Assembly (NCBI GenBank): GCA_964595205.1
Contig: CAZQOQ010000015.1
Span: 281,765 to 345,764 of the forward strand
Origin: an uncultured Flavobacteriales bacterium
GTDB taxonomy: Bacteria > Bacteroidota > Bacteroidia > AKYH767-A > 2013-40CM-41-45
Length of the DNA: 64,000 nt
Reading direction: 5' to 3'
Of the stretch, positions 49,768 through 59,137 are shown piece by piece (within the stretch, counting starts at the first letter, position 1; each line of letters begins with the position of its first letter). Both the position numbers and the translations under genes were made by a program. The notes below the pieces were generated by a model. That model was not told the origin of the DNA. It was given only the letters and a program-made list of their open reading frames with translations, and made no database searches.

Positions 49768-50031
49768 TTTTGGTTTTAGTATTTGACGATTTTTAATTCA
49801 ATACTTTCCTGAATGGAAAAAGGTTTTATAAAATGATAAATTTTTATCGCGAGAATTATTTTCAGCGGTAAAGTCTGTAGTTAGATTATCCTGCATAACA
49901 CATTTAGAATGATTGATTAATTAAATTCTGCCGACACTTATGTTTACAATAGAAAAGCGTTGCGACCGGAGTCACAACGCTAAACCAAATACCTAAACAT
50001 AACCTGAAAACAATTTCTTTAGCAGGGAAAA

Positions 50032-50089
50032 GGTAACAGCTGCATAAAAATAAGTTGGAAACACTAAAACTTATGTAGCAGCTGTTACC
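50032..50089. repeat. long imperfect inverted repeat / stable hairpin (12-bp stem GGTAACAGCTGC, internal loop, 7-bp stem ATAAGTT, 11-nt loop)
   Basis: Read directly from the sequence. Not followed by a T-run. Lies ~320 bp upstream of the prolyl oligopeptidase gene in an AT-rich 940-bp non-coding stretch. Confidence 0.6.
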
Positions 50090-50412
50090 GAAAAATTCCT
50101 GGGTTAGAGTTGAGGGGATTTACGGAAACCCATTGCCTGCAATATCAGCGAACTGATATTTTGTATTACTAAATTAAGAACGAGATAATGGGTCAAATGT
50201 ATGTTCATTGATATACTCAGAATGTCATTTTTTGTGAAATAATCATTTTATAAGGTGAATCAATCAAATTTCGTTGTGAAACAGCCGTCGTATAGAGCAT
50301 AGCGCCGAAAACGAATATTAATCCGTTTATTTGCAATTATATAAGAAAATCAACTTTAATACTTTTTAACAATACTAAAAAGTAGTTTAGCGATTCACTC
50401 AAGATTATAATT

Positions 50413-52542
50413 ATGAACATTAAATTATTTGCATGTAGTTTATTATTCGTCACTGCTCAGCTGAATGCACAGCCGCTGAATTATCCGGTTACAAAAAAGA
50501 CCGGCCAGACTGATACATATTTTGGCACGGAGGTAAAGGATCCTTACCGGTGGCTGGAAGATGATCGTTCTGCAGAAACTGCAAACTGGGTGAAGGAACA
50601 AAATGCCGTAACTGAAAATTATCTTTCCGGGATACCGTTCAGGTCAAAGGTAAAGGACCGGATGACACAACTGTGGAATTTTCCCAAGTCCTCCACCCCG
50701 TTTAAAGCCGGCAACAATTATTTCATCTATTCAAATAACGGATTGCAAAACCAGTTTGTATTAAATATTCTACGAGGAAATTTTAATGCTAAACCCGAAG
50801 TCTTCATCGACCCCAATACACTTTCTGCTGATGGTACCATTAACCTGGGGACAGTTTCGGCATCGCACGACGGAAAATATGTTGCTTATGCTTTGTCTAA
50901 GTCGGGCAGCGACTGGCAGGAAATTTATATTAAGAGCGTTGAAGGAAAACAACTGGATGATAAAATTGAGTGGGTGAAATTTTCCGGTATCTCATGGAGA
51001 GGAGATGGATTTTATTATTCTAGGTATGACGAACCTGAATCCTCACAGGTGCTGAAAGGGAAAAACGAATTTCATAAGATTTATTATCACCGGCTGGGTG
51101 ACAATCAGAAAAAAGACAAGCTGGTATATGATGATAAGCAATACCCCCTCAGAAATTTCTACGCAGCAGTTACGGAAGATGAGGATTACCTGATTGTTTA
51201 CGCTTCAGAGGCTTCTCCGGGAAACAGCCTGATGGTTCAGAATCTGAAAAAGCCAGATAGCCCTTTCATCAATCTCGTGGAGTCATTCGATGATAAATAT
51301 GATGTGATCGACAACGAGGGTTCCCAATTTTTCGTTCTTACAAATAAAGGCGCATCCAACTACCGTTTGGTGATGATGGATGCAGACAAGCCGAAGGAAG
51401 CATGGAAGGACATCATTCCCGAGAGCAGTGATGTATTGCTTGAAGTCGTGGCGGGAAACAACCTGTTTGTTGCAAGGTATATGAAGGACGCCGTAAGTGT
51501 TCTTAAAGTCTATTCCCGCACAGGTACTTTTATAGGAGATATTAAAACTGAAAGTATCGGGACCGTCGACCAGCTTTCTTCCGGGAAAAAGGATGAGGAC
51601 CTTTTCTATGCGCTTTCGAATTTCACATTGCCTTCCGTGATTTATCATTATAACCTGCGTACCAAATTACAGGAAGTATATTTCCAGCCGAAGATTGATT
51701 TTCCTGCCGATGAATACGAGACGAAGGAGATTTTTTACAACAGTAAAGACGGCACGAAGATTCCCATGTTCATCGTTCATAAAAAAGGATTGGCAATGGA
51801 TGGAAATAATCCGACTCTTCTGTTTAGTTACGGAGGATTTAATATCCCGATGATTCCCATCTTTAAGATCGAACGGCTGGTATTCCTCGAAAACGGAGGC
51901 GTCTTTGCCATGCCATGCATTCGTGGCGGCGGCGAATATGGTGAGAAATGGCATATGGATGGTACCGGTTTGAAGAAACAGAACGTCTTTGATGATTTCA
52001 TAGCAGCTGCCGAATCTTTAGTCAGAGAAAAATATACACGTCCGTCCAAATTAGCTATCAATGGCCGCTCGAATGGCGGCTTGCTGGTCGGCGCCGTCAT
52101 GACCCAGCGCCCCGATCTCTTCAAAGTTGCAATACCAACCGTAGGTGTTATGGACATGTTGCGATATCACACCTTCACGATCGGATGGAGATGGAAAACC
52201 GACTATGGCTCCAGCGAGGATGAGGTTAATTTCAAAAACCTCCTCTCCTATTCTCCATTGCACAATATCAGGGAGAACACTGAGTATCCTGCAACGCTTG
52301 TTACCACAGGCGATCATGACGACCGCGTGGTTCCGGCACATTCATTCAAATTCATTGCAACGCTGCAGGAGAAAAGCTTAAAAAAGAATCCTGCGCTCAT
52401 ACGTATAGATATCAATTCCGGTCATGCCGGGAATACTGTTCTCGGATCCAGCAAGCCCGTTTCAAAACAGATCGAGGAACAAACGGACATCTTCACCTTT
52501 ATGATGTATAACCTGGGAATGACCCTGAAGGCCAGACCCTAG
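50413..52542 (+). CDS. prolyl oligopeptidase (S9A prolyl endopeptidase)
   Basis: Signal peptide, N-terminal 'YPVTKKTGQTDTYFGTEVKDPYRWLEDD' POP N-terminus, beta-propeller, catalytic 'INGRSNGGLLVGAV' (GxSxGG), C-terminal Asp/His region. 709 aa. Confidence 0.9.
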   Translation: MNIKLFACSLLFVTAQLNAQPLNYPVTKKTGQTDTYFGTEVKDPYRWLEDDRSAETANWVKEQNAVTENYLSGIPFRSKVKDRMTQLWNFPKSSTPFKAGNNYFIYSNNGLQNQFVLNILRGNFNAKPEVFIDPNTLSADGTINLGTVSASHDGKYVAYALSKSGSDWQEIYIKSVEGKQLDDKIEWVKFSGISWRGDGFYYSRYDEPESSQVLKGKNEFHKIYYHRLGDNQKKDKLVYDDKQYPLRNFYAAVTEDEDYLIVYASEASPGNSLMVQNLKKPDSPFINLVESFDDKYDVIDNEGSQFFVLTNKGASNYRLVMMDADKPKEAWKDIIPESSDVLLEVVAGNNLFVARYMKDAVSVLKVYSRTGTFIGDIKTESIGTVDQLSSGKKDEDLFYALSNFTLPSVIYHYNLRTKLQEVYFQPKIDFPADEYETKEIFYNSKDGTKIPMFIVHKKGLAMDGNNPTLLFSYGGFNIPMIPIFKIERLVFLENGGVFAMPCIRGGGEYGEKWHMDGTGLKKQNVFDDFIAAAESLVREKYTRPSKLAINGRSNGGLLVGAVMTQRPDLFKVAIPTVGVMDMLRYHTFTIGWRWKTDYGSSEDEVNFKNLLSYSPLHNIRENTEYPATLVTTGDHDDRVVPAHSFKFIATLQEKSLKKNPALIRIDINSGHAGNTVLGSSKPVSKQIEEQTDIFTFMMYNLGMTLKARP

Positions 52543-52650
52543 GTTTATGGTGCCGGATCATTGTGAACATTTTTGTTTGAAAAGTAAATGATTCAAATAA
52601 TCGCTGCAGTTTTGAATTGTTTAACTTTGTGAAATAGCCTTTTAACTCAT

Positions 52651-55356
52651 ATGAAATTAAAGATTGGAATCATATTCGGGGGATTCTCACGCGAACGTGA
52701 AATTTCGTTTGCCGGAGGAAGAACCGTTTATGATAACCTGAATAAGACACTCTTCGAAGCAATACCTGTTTTTGTCGATAGCTTCGGGAATTTCATTCTG
52801 CTCGACTGGCAATTCATCTACAAGGGAAGTATTCGTGATTTCTATCCTCCGGTATCTTCAATTCCGCCTTCAAAAGGAAATTACCAGGTGTATGCCGAAT
52901 CGCTTGGGGATCTTTCAATGAAGGAACAGGAAGCGTTGATCCGAAGTATCGGTCGTGTGATTCTGCCGGCAGAACTCAACCAGTGTTTTGATTTCGCCTT
53001 TCTGTGTCTTCATGGTCCTTTCGGTGAGGATGGCAGAATCCAGGGCATGCTCGAATATTATGGAATCCCCTATTCCGGCTCAGGCATACTTTCTTCAGCG
53101 ATCGGCATCAACAAATCGGTGCAGAAGAAACTGATGAGAAATTCCGGTTTCGACGGACCGGAATATTTATCGCTGAAAAAGAAAAACTGGAATGAATCGG
53201 ACAGGAAAATAATTTTCAAAAACATCAGGGAAGATATCGGCTTCCCGTGTGTAATAAAGCCGGCTCACCAGGGTTCATCCATCGGCGTGAGTGTGGTGGT
53301 AAAAGATGATGAGGTCGAAATCGGAAGAGCCATCAATCATGCATTCTTTATCAGGGAGATTCAAATAAGCGAATGGAATTCGCTGAACGAAAACATGAGA
53401 CTGTCGCTGATCCGTTCGGTCTCAGATATACGCGAGGGACTTGGTTTGCCGCTGATGATGACGGTTTCCGGCCGATCCGAAAGAATATTTCATCCCGATG
53501 CATTGTCAGGGAGAATAGATTCCGCCTTCAGTAACGGGAATAAATCAATACACCTTGAGGCATGCGATGGCGAGAGTGAAATACTCATTGAGCAGTTCAT
53601 CGAGGGAAAGGAATTTTCCTGCATCGTAATACGGAATGAAGATGATCGTCCCGTTGCTTTGCCTCCCACCGAAATCAGGAAAGGAAAGGAACTCTTCGAT
53701 TATCGTTCCAAATATCTCCCCGGATTATCGAGGAAGATCACTCCTATTGAATTATCTTATGAACAGATCCAGCTGATCAGGCAGGAATGTGAGCGACTGT
53801 TTCTCGAGTTGAACTTTAACGTGTATGCTCGTATTGATGGTTTTGTAACGAACGACAACCGGATTTTCCTGAATGATCCGAACACGACCTCGGGGATGAT
53901 GCCTTCTTCTTTCTTCTTTCACCAGGCCGCTGAGATCGGACTCAATCCCTCTCAGTTTCTTACCTATATCATCCGTACTTCCTTTACTGAGCGCATGCAT
54001 GACATGCCGGGCAAATCAGGACTCGGAGAGTTACTGAAGAAACTCGATGAAGAAATCATTTCGATGAGAAATAATCCCGGGCAGAAGACGAGAGTTGCAG
54101 TTATTCTTGGCGGCTATTCGTCCGAGAGACATATTTCCGTCGAGAGTGGCAGAAACGTCTACGAAAAGCTTTCTTCCTCGGATAAATATGCGCCTGTTCC
54201 GGTTTTTCTGACGGGTTCTGACGGCAATCACCGGCTTTTCCAGATACCGGTTAATCTCATGCTGAAGGATAATGCCGACGACATCAGGGAGAAAATCATG
54301 CATTTTTCCGTTCACGAAGTGGTGAAGGAAATCATGATGCTCTGCGAAAAGATCACCGATAAATATACTTCCGCACAGGATGTACTGCAGCCAAAGGAAA
54401 TTTTCTACGAAACCCTCTCTGAAATTGCAGATGTCGCTTTCATAGCCTTGCATGGCAGGCCCGGCGAAGACGGAGAAGTTCAGCGGCAGCTTGAAAAGGC
54501 CGGCATTCCTTATAATGGCTCTGGTGTTGATTCATCCAGGATAACTATAAATAAATTTGAGACAAACGAGATCCTCCGGAATCATGTTTTCAAGGTAGCC
54601 TCGCACAGGCTTGTGAGTTACAGCGACTGGAAAGGAAAGAAAGATGTGATCGTAACTGAAATCAAAAGAGACTTTAAGTTCCCGTTAATTGCAAAGCCCG
54701 TAGATGACGGTTGCAGCAGCGCAGTTAAGAAGATTAAAAACATGGAAGAACTGTCGGCCTTCGCAGATGCGATATTCCGGCAGTCAGAAGAACTCTCTCC
54801 GAAAGAAGCAGCCATTCTCAATTTAAAGCCGAAGGAAGAATTTCCGCAAAAGGTAATGTTTCTTATCGAAGAACTCATCGAACCGGAGGGTGCTGCACAT
54901 TTTCTGGAAATCACAGGCGGTCTGCTCACCAAAATGGATGAACAGGGAAACATACGATATGAAGTTTTCGAAGCCTCCGAGGCTCTGTCCGGCGGAGACG
55001 TGCTGTCGCTTGAGGAGAAATTTCTCGCCGGCGAGGGGCAGAATATCACTCCTGCCCGGTATGCGGCCGATGCCGCTGAGAGGCAAAGAATATCCGAAAT
55101 CGTAAAGGATGAATTCAAACGTGCTGCCATGCTTTTGAATGTGGAAGGTTATGCGAGAATTGATGCCTTTGTGAGAGTATTCGGTGACGGCAGAGTCGAG
55201 ACAATTTTCATAGAGGTAAATTCGTTACCGGGAATGACGCCGGCAACATGCATTTTCCACCAGACTGCAATTGCCGGTTACAAGCCGTATGATTTCATCG
55301 ACCGGATTTTAAAATATGGAATTCAGAAAATGAAACGGCCTGTTAAAATACATTAG
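52651..55356 (+). CDS. tandem-duplicated D-alanine--D-alanine ligase-family (ATP-grasp) protein: two complete Ddl-like modules fused in one 901-aa polypeptide
   Basis: Each half (aa ~1-470 and ~480-901) has the Ddl N-domain (IGIIFGGFSREREISFAGGR / VAVILGGYSSERHISVESGR), 'LHGxxGEDGxxQ..LE..GIPY.GSG', the ATP-grasp 'PxIxKPxxxGSS' and the C-terminal 'ARIDxFV....E.N..PGMT..S'. Neighbours are a PASTA protein and rluD. Confidence 0.7.
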   Translation: MKLKIGIIFGGFSREREISFAGGRTVYDNLNKTLFEAIPVFVDSFGNFILLDWQFIYKGSIRDFYPPVSSIPPSKGNYQVYAESLGDLSMKEQEALIRSIGRVILPAELNQCFDFAFLCLHGPFGEDGRIQGMLEYYGIPYSGSGILSSAIGINKSVQKKLMRNSGFDGPEYLSLKKKNWNESDRKIIFKNIREDIGFPCVIKPAHQGSSIGVSVVVKDDEVEIGRAINHAFFIREIQISEWNSLNENMRLSLIRSVSDIREGLGLPLMMTVSGRSERIFHPDALSGRIDSAFSNGNKSIHLEACDGESEILIEQFIEGKEFSCIVIRNEDDRPVALPPTEIRKGKELFDYRSKYLPGLSRKITPIELSYEQIQLIRQECERLFLELNFNVYARIDGFVTNDNRIFLNDPNTTSGMMPSSFFFHQAAEIGLNPSQFLTYIIRTSFTERMHDMPGKSGLGELLKKLDEEIISMRNNPGQKTRVAVILGGYSSERHISVESGRNVYEKLSSSDKYAPVPVFLTGSDGNHRLFQIPVNLMLKDNADDIREKIMHFSVHEVVKEIMMLCEKITDKYTSAQDVLQPKEIFYETLSEIADVAFIALHGRPGEDGEVQRQLEKAGIPYNGSGVDSSRITINKFETNEILRNHVFKVASHRLVSYSDWKGKKDVIVTEIKRDFKFPLIAKPVDDGCSSAVKKIKNMEELSAFADAIFRQSEELSPKEAAILNLKPKEEFPQKVMFLIEELIEPEGAAHFLEITGGLLTKMDEQGNIRYEVFEASEALSGGDVLSLEEKFLAGEGQNITPARYAADAAERQRISEIVKDEFKRAAMLLNVEGYARIDAFVRVFGDGRVETIFIEVNSLPGMTPATCIFHQTAIAGYKPYDFIDRILKYGIQKMKRPVKIH

Positions 55357-55360
55357 AAAT

Positions 55361-56122
55361 ATGTCGTCTAAACTGTTTGAATTTTTGACCAGCCGTGTAT
55401 TCTTCAGGAATGTTGCCATTCTTATAATTGCAATGATCATCGGTTTCTTCTCTCTGAATGCCATGCTCAATAACTACACGCACCATGGGGAAAGCATTTC
55501 TGTGCCTGATCTGACCGGACTGGAGATTTCGAAACTCGACAGCATTTTAGTTACTCATGGCTTCCTGTACAAAGTAATTGATTCATTGTATGACGGAGAG
55601 AGGATTCCCGGAACGGTCATCGACCAGGATCCGGCGCCGAAGAGTAAAGTAAAAGAGAACCGTACCATTTACCTTACGATTAATGCGGTCAATCCACCTG
55701 ATGTTAAGATGCCGGATCTTGTTGATGTGTCTTTCAGGCAGGCACAGGCTATGCTGCAGTCATACGGACTGGTTACCGGTGATGTGGTTTATCGTTCAGA
55801 TCTAGCCAAAAATGCAGTGCTCGAACAACTATATAAAAACCGCACCATCAAGCCCGGAACAATGATTCCAAAAGGCGCCGTCATCGATCTCGTTTTAGGC
55901 GACGGCCTCGGAGACATTGAAGTCGAAGTTCCGGATCTGACCGGTATGACACTTGAAGAAGCAAAGACCAAACTCGTACATTCATCACTGGCATTGGGTA
56001 TCGTAGAATACGAGGATGAATCGGATGAGAAATCCTCTGCACGGGTTTACAGGCAGAATCCTGATGCGGGCAGTGGTATTACGCTCAAACAGGGTTCGGG
56101 TGTGGATGTATTCCTGCGTTGA
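55361..56122 (+). CDS. PASTA domain-containing membrane protein (TM + 3 PASTA repeats, no kinase/PBP domain)
   Basis: TM 'VAILIIAMIIGFFSL', then three ~65-aa units ('SVPDLTGLEISKLDSIL...', 'KMPDLVDVSFRQAQAMLQSYGL...', 'EVPDLTGMTLEEAKTKLVHSSL...'). Confidence 0.75.
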   Translation: MSSKLFEFLTSRVFFRNVAILIIAMIIGFFSLNAMLNNYTHHGESISVPDLTGLEISKLDSILVTHGFLYKVIDSLYDGERIPGTVIDQDPAPKSKVKENRTIYLTINAVNPPDVKMPDLVDVSFRQAQAMLQSYGLVTGDVVYRSDLAKNAVLEQLYKNRTIKPGTMIPKGAVIDLVLGDGLGDIEVEVPDLTGMTLEEAKTKLVHSSLALGIVEYEDESDEKSSARVYRQNPDAGSGITLKQGSGVDVFLR

Positions 56123-56171
56123 GATTCCCGTTTATATGCCGGCCAATATTCGTACTTTTGCCCTCCCTCCT

Positions 56172-58025
56172 ATGAAGACAAGCAAAATTCTCTTTCTGAT
56201 TTTAGTACTGACGGTTTCTTTTTCGGACATAAAAAGCCAGGAGACGATTATTCCCCTGAATAACAATCCCGCGCTCATGAATAAAGCGAAGTCGAAGAAG
56301 ATGATGAGAATGATGTCTGCGGTTGACGATACGATTCCCATTCCTTTCCGTGATGATTTTTCACGCCCGGGTGTTTATCCTGACGAGACTTTGTGGCTGG
56401 ACAGCGGTGTTTTTATAAACAATAATTATCCTGATTTCCCGGTTACGATCGGAGTTGCAACCTTTGACGGTTTGAATTACATGGGATGCCCCTATCAGCC
56501 GGCATCAACACAGGATTCGGTTGCGGATGTCCTCACTTCGCATTGTATCGATCTGGCACTTGCATCAACGGATACTTCCGTATGGTTTAGTTTTTTCTAT
56601 CAGCCGCAGGGTATGGGCGATGCGCCTGAATCAGGCGACTCGCTTGTACTTCAGTTTAAGGACTCAGGCGGGACATGGAAAAATGTCTGGGCAGTGGATG
56701 GCCGGGAAGATTCGGCTTTTCAAAGAGTGAATATCAGAGTTACCGGAGCTGAATATCTGTTCAAAGGATTTCAATTCAGATTTTACAACATTGCAACCGT
56801 AAACGGAAACCGTGATCACTGGCATCTCGATTATGTTTGGCTTGACAAGAACAGATTCGAGAACGACGGCCTCGAAGATTTTTCACTGATCAAACCAATT
56901 GGATCATTGCTTACAGAATTTACTGCAATGCCCTATTCGCATTATAAGGCCCTGGGTACGCCTCCGGTTGCAGGAACATTGGTGCCCGATATGTCCGATT
57001 CCGTTTACGTCTTGAATTATGGTCCCGCCAGCTTCACGCAGTTCATAGACATTATACAAGTCGGCCAGCCGGTACCGGACTACCATGTTTCCACCGGAAT
57101 ATTCAACGGCAATCCTCTTTCGTATGTAAACAATACACTTCCGCTGAATTATTATTTCCCGGCATTGCCCGGCGACAGTGTCGATTACCTTGTTAAGTCA
57201 TTTCTTGATGATCCGGTAGCTCGATTGAATAAATACAACGATACGAGTTATTACTATCAGCATTTTTATAATTATTATTCTTATGACGATGGCAGCGCTG
57301 AAGTCGGGTATGGAATTACAGGAAACGTGGATGTGTCGATGGCTTATTTATTCAATGTGAAAGTCGCCGATACGCTGAGAGGGGTACAGATTTATTTTAA
57401 TCCCACCGGACTGGATGTTACGAATAAACTATTTCAACTTACGGTCTGGAGCGATATCAATCTGACTACGAATCAATCCATCGAAATGTACAGGATGATC
57501 AACCAGAAACCCGGCGAATGCGACAGCCTGAACGGGTTCAAGACATATTTGTTTGACACAACACTAGTGGTGGGGCCGGGAAATATATGGGTTGGAATGA
57601 TACAGAACGAGCCCCAGGCACTCTATGGTGTGGGACTCGACAGGAATACGGACTCCCGCACGAAGATGTATTATCACATCGATGGTATATGGAGCGGCTC
57701 GAGTATTTTTGGTTCATGGATGATTCGTCCGCTGTTTGGAAAGAAAATTCCTGTTGTTTCTGTTGAGGAAAATGAAAACCTGGTATCAGATTTTTCTGTT
57801 TTTCCAAACCCGGCAAACGATCATGCACACATACGGTTCAACAATCGTGGTGACAGAAACTACACCTGCCAGATTTTCGATTGCATAGGTTCGCTTTTGC
57901 GTGAAGAATTGTTATCACCGGATGGAAATATTGATATTTCAGCATTGAGCAAGGGCATTTATATTGTCAGAATATATGCTCCAGGCGACCGTACCGGGAA
58001 AGTACAGAAGCTGATCATTCAATAG
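56172..58025 (+). CDS. secreted protein of unknown function with T9SS type-A C-terminal sorting domain. Start chosen at the ATG at 56172; the ORF track's 56016 overlaps the PASTA gene
   Basis: Signal peptide MKTSKILFLILVLTVSFSDIKSQ. CTD 'FSVFPNPANDHAHIRF...GIYIVRIYAPGDRTGKVQKLIIQ'. Confidence 0.65.
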   Translation: MKTSKILFLILVLTVSFSDIKSQETIIPLNNNPALMNKAKSKKMMRMMSAVDDTIPIPFRDDFSRPGVYPDETLWLDSGVFINNNYPDFPVTIGVATFDGLNYMGCPYQPASTQDSVADVLTSHCIDLALASTDTSVWFSFFYQPQGMGDAPESGDSLVLQFKDSGGTWKNVWAVDGREDSAFQRVNIRVTGAEYLFKGFQFRFYNIATVNGNRDHWHLDYVWLDKNRFENDGLEDFSLIKPIGSLLTEFTAMPYSHYKALGTPPVAGTLVPDMSDSVYVLNYGPASFTQFIDIIQVGQPVPDYHVSTGIFNGNPLSYVNNTLPLNYYFPALPGDSVDYLVKSFLDDPVARLNKYNDTSYYYQHFYNYYSYDDGSAEVGYGITGNVDVSMAYLFNVKVADTLRGVQIYFNPTGLDVTNKLFQLTVWSDINLTTNQSIEMYRMINQKPGECDSLNGFKTYLFDTTLVVGPGNIWVGMIQNEPQALYGVGLDRNTDSRTKMYYHIDGIWSGSSIFGSWMIRPLFGKKIPVVSVEENENLVSDFSVFPNPANDHAHIRFNNRGDRNYTCQIFDCIGSLLREELLSPDGNIDISALSKGIYIVRIYAPGDRTGKVQKLIIQ

Positions 58026-58087
58026 AAGTTTTTTACATTGGAAATAGTTTTACCGTCAGCTTAAATTTCAACAGGAATATTGTAACG

Positions 58088-59122
58088 ATGAATACCGATG
58101 AGTTAGAAGCATCCGAACAGGACGAGTTGTATGAGCATCACCGGTTCATCATCGAAAACGGCGTGACTCCCATAAGGATCGACAAGTTTTTAATTAACCG
58201 GATGCCGAATGTGAGCCGAAACAGGTTGCAGAATGCCTGCGAAGCCGGCAATATACTTGTCAACGGAAAAGAAGTTAAGTCGAGCTATAAGGTAAAGCCA
58301 AAGGATCAGATTCAGATCGTATTGCCTGAACCGGTGCGTGAAAAGGAATTGATCCCACAGGATATTCCGCTCGATATTGTGTACGAAGATGATGACATTA
58401 TTATCGTCAACAAACCGGCGGGTTTGGTGGTGCATCCGGCATTTGGAAATTATTCCGGCACACTCATGAATGGCCTGCTCTATCACTTTCAGAAGTTACC
58501 GGTTAGTAAGGGAAACATGGATCGCCCGGGACTTGTTCACAGGATTGACAAGAACACATCCGGTTTGCTGGTGATTGCGAGGACAGACATTGCAATGGTG
58601 CACCTGGCGAAGGAATTTTTCAACCGAACGATCGACAGGAAGTATGTGGCACTCGTGTGGGGCGATTTTAAGGAAGACGAAGGAACGATTACCGGTCATG
58701 TCGGAAGAAATCTCAAGGACAGGAAGATCATGGATGTTTTTCCGGGCGGCGAACATGGTAAACACGCTGTGACACATTATAAAGTTCTTGAGCGATTCGG
58801 TTATGTCACGCTAATTGAATGTAAACTTGAGACGGGTCGTACACACCAGATCCGTGTTCATATGAAGTATGCGGGCCATCCGCTGTTCAACGATGAGACC
58901 TATGGGGGAAATAAAATTCTGAAAGGCACAACGTTTACCAAATACAGGCAGTTTATTGAAAATTGTTTTGAAATTTTTCCACGGCATGCGCTTCATGCGA
59001 AGACGCTGGGATTCATTCATCCTGTTACGGGTAAGAAAGTATTTTTCGAGTCGCCGCTTCCTGAGGATTTTACCAGGCTGTTGGAAAAATGGCGCAGCTA
59101 TGCGAAAAATAAGGAAGCGTGA
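58088..59122 (+). CDS. rluD: 23S rRNA pseudouridine synthase RluD (RluA family)
   Basis: S4 domain 'IRIDKFLINRMPNVSRNRLQ', catalytic 'HRIDKNTSGLLVIA', 'RTHQIRVH'. Confidence 0.85.
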   Translation: MNTDELEASEQDELYEHHRFIIENGVTPIRIDKFLINRMPNVSRNRLQNACEAGNILVNGKEVKSSYKVKPKDQIQIVLPEPVREKELIPQDIPLDIVYEDDDIIIVNKPAGLVVHPAFGNYSGTLMNGLLYHFQKLPVSKGNMDRPGLVHRIDKNTSGLLVIARTDIAMVHLAKEFFNRTIDRKYVALVWGDFKEDEGTITGHVGRNLKDRKIMDVFPGGEHGKHAVTHYKVLERFGYVTLIECKLETGRTHQIRVHMKYAGHPLFNDETYGGNKILKGTTFTKYRQFIENCFEIFPRHALHAKTLGFIHPVTGKKVFFESPLPEDFTRLLEKWRSYAKNKEA

Positions 59123-59137
59123 AGTCGGTCCTTTAAC

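Noticed and set aside
41314-50412. tRNA-Pro plus giant gene plus long non-coding tail as an integrated mobile element
   Set aside because: No integrase, transposase, relaxase or recognisable att direct repeat of the tRNA 3' end could be found by eye. Kept only as a compositional hint in the findings.
56016-56171. 5' extension of the T9SS protein ORF overlapping the PASTA gene
   Set aside because: The extension is Arg-rich with no signal peptide. A strong signal peptide begins at the ATG at 56172.
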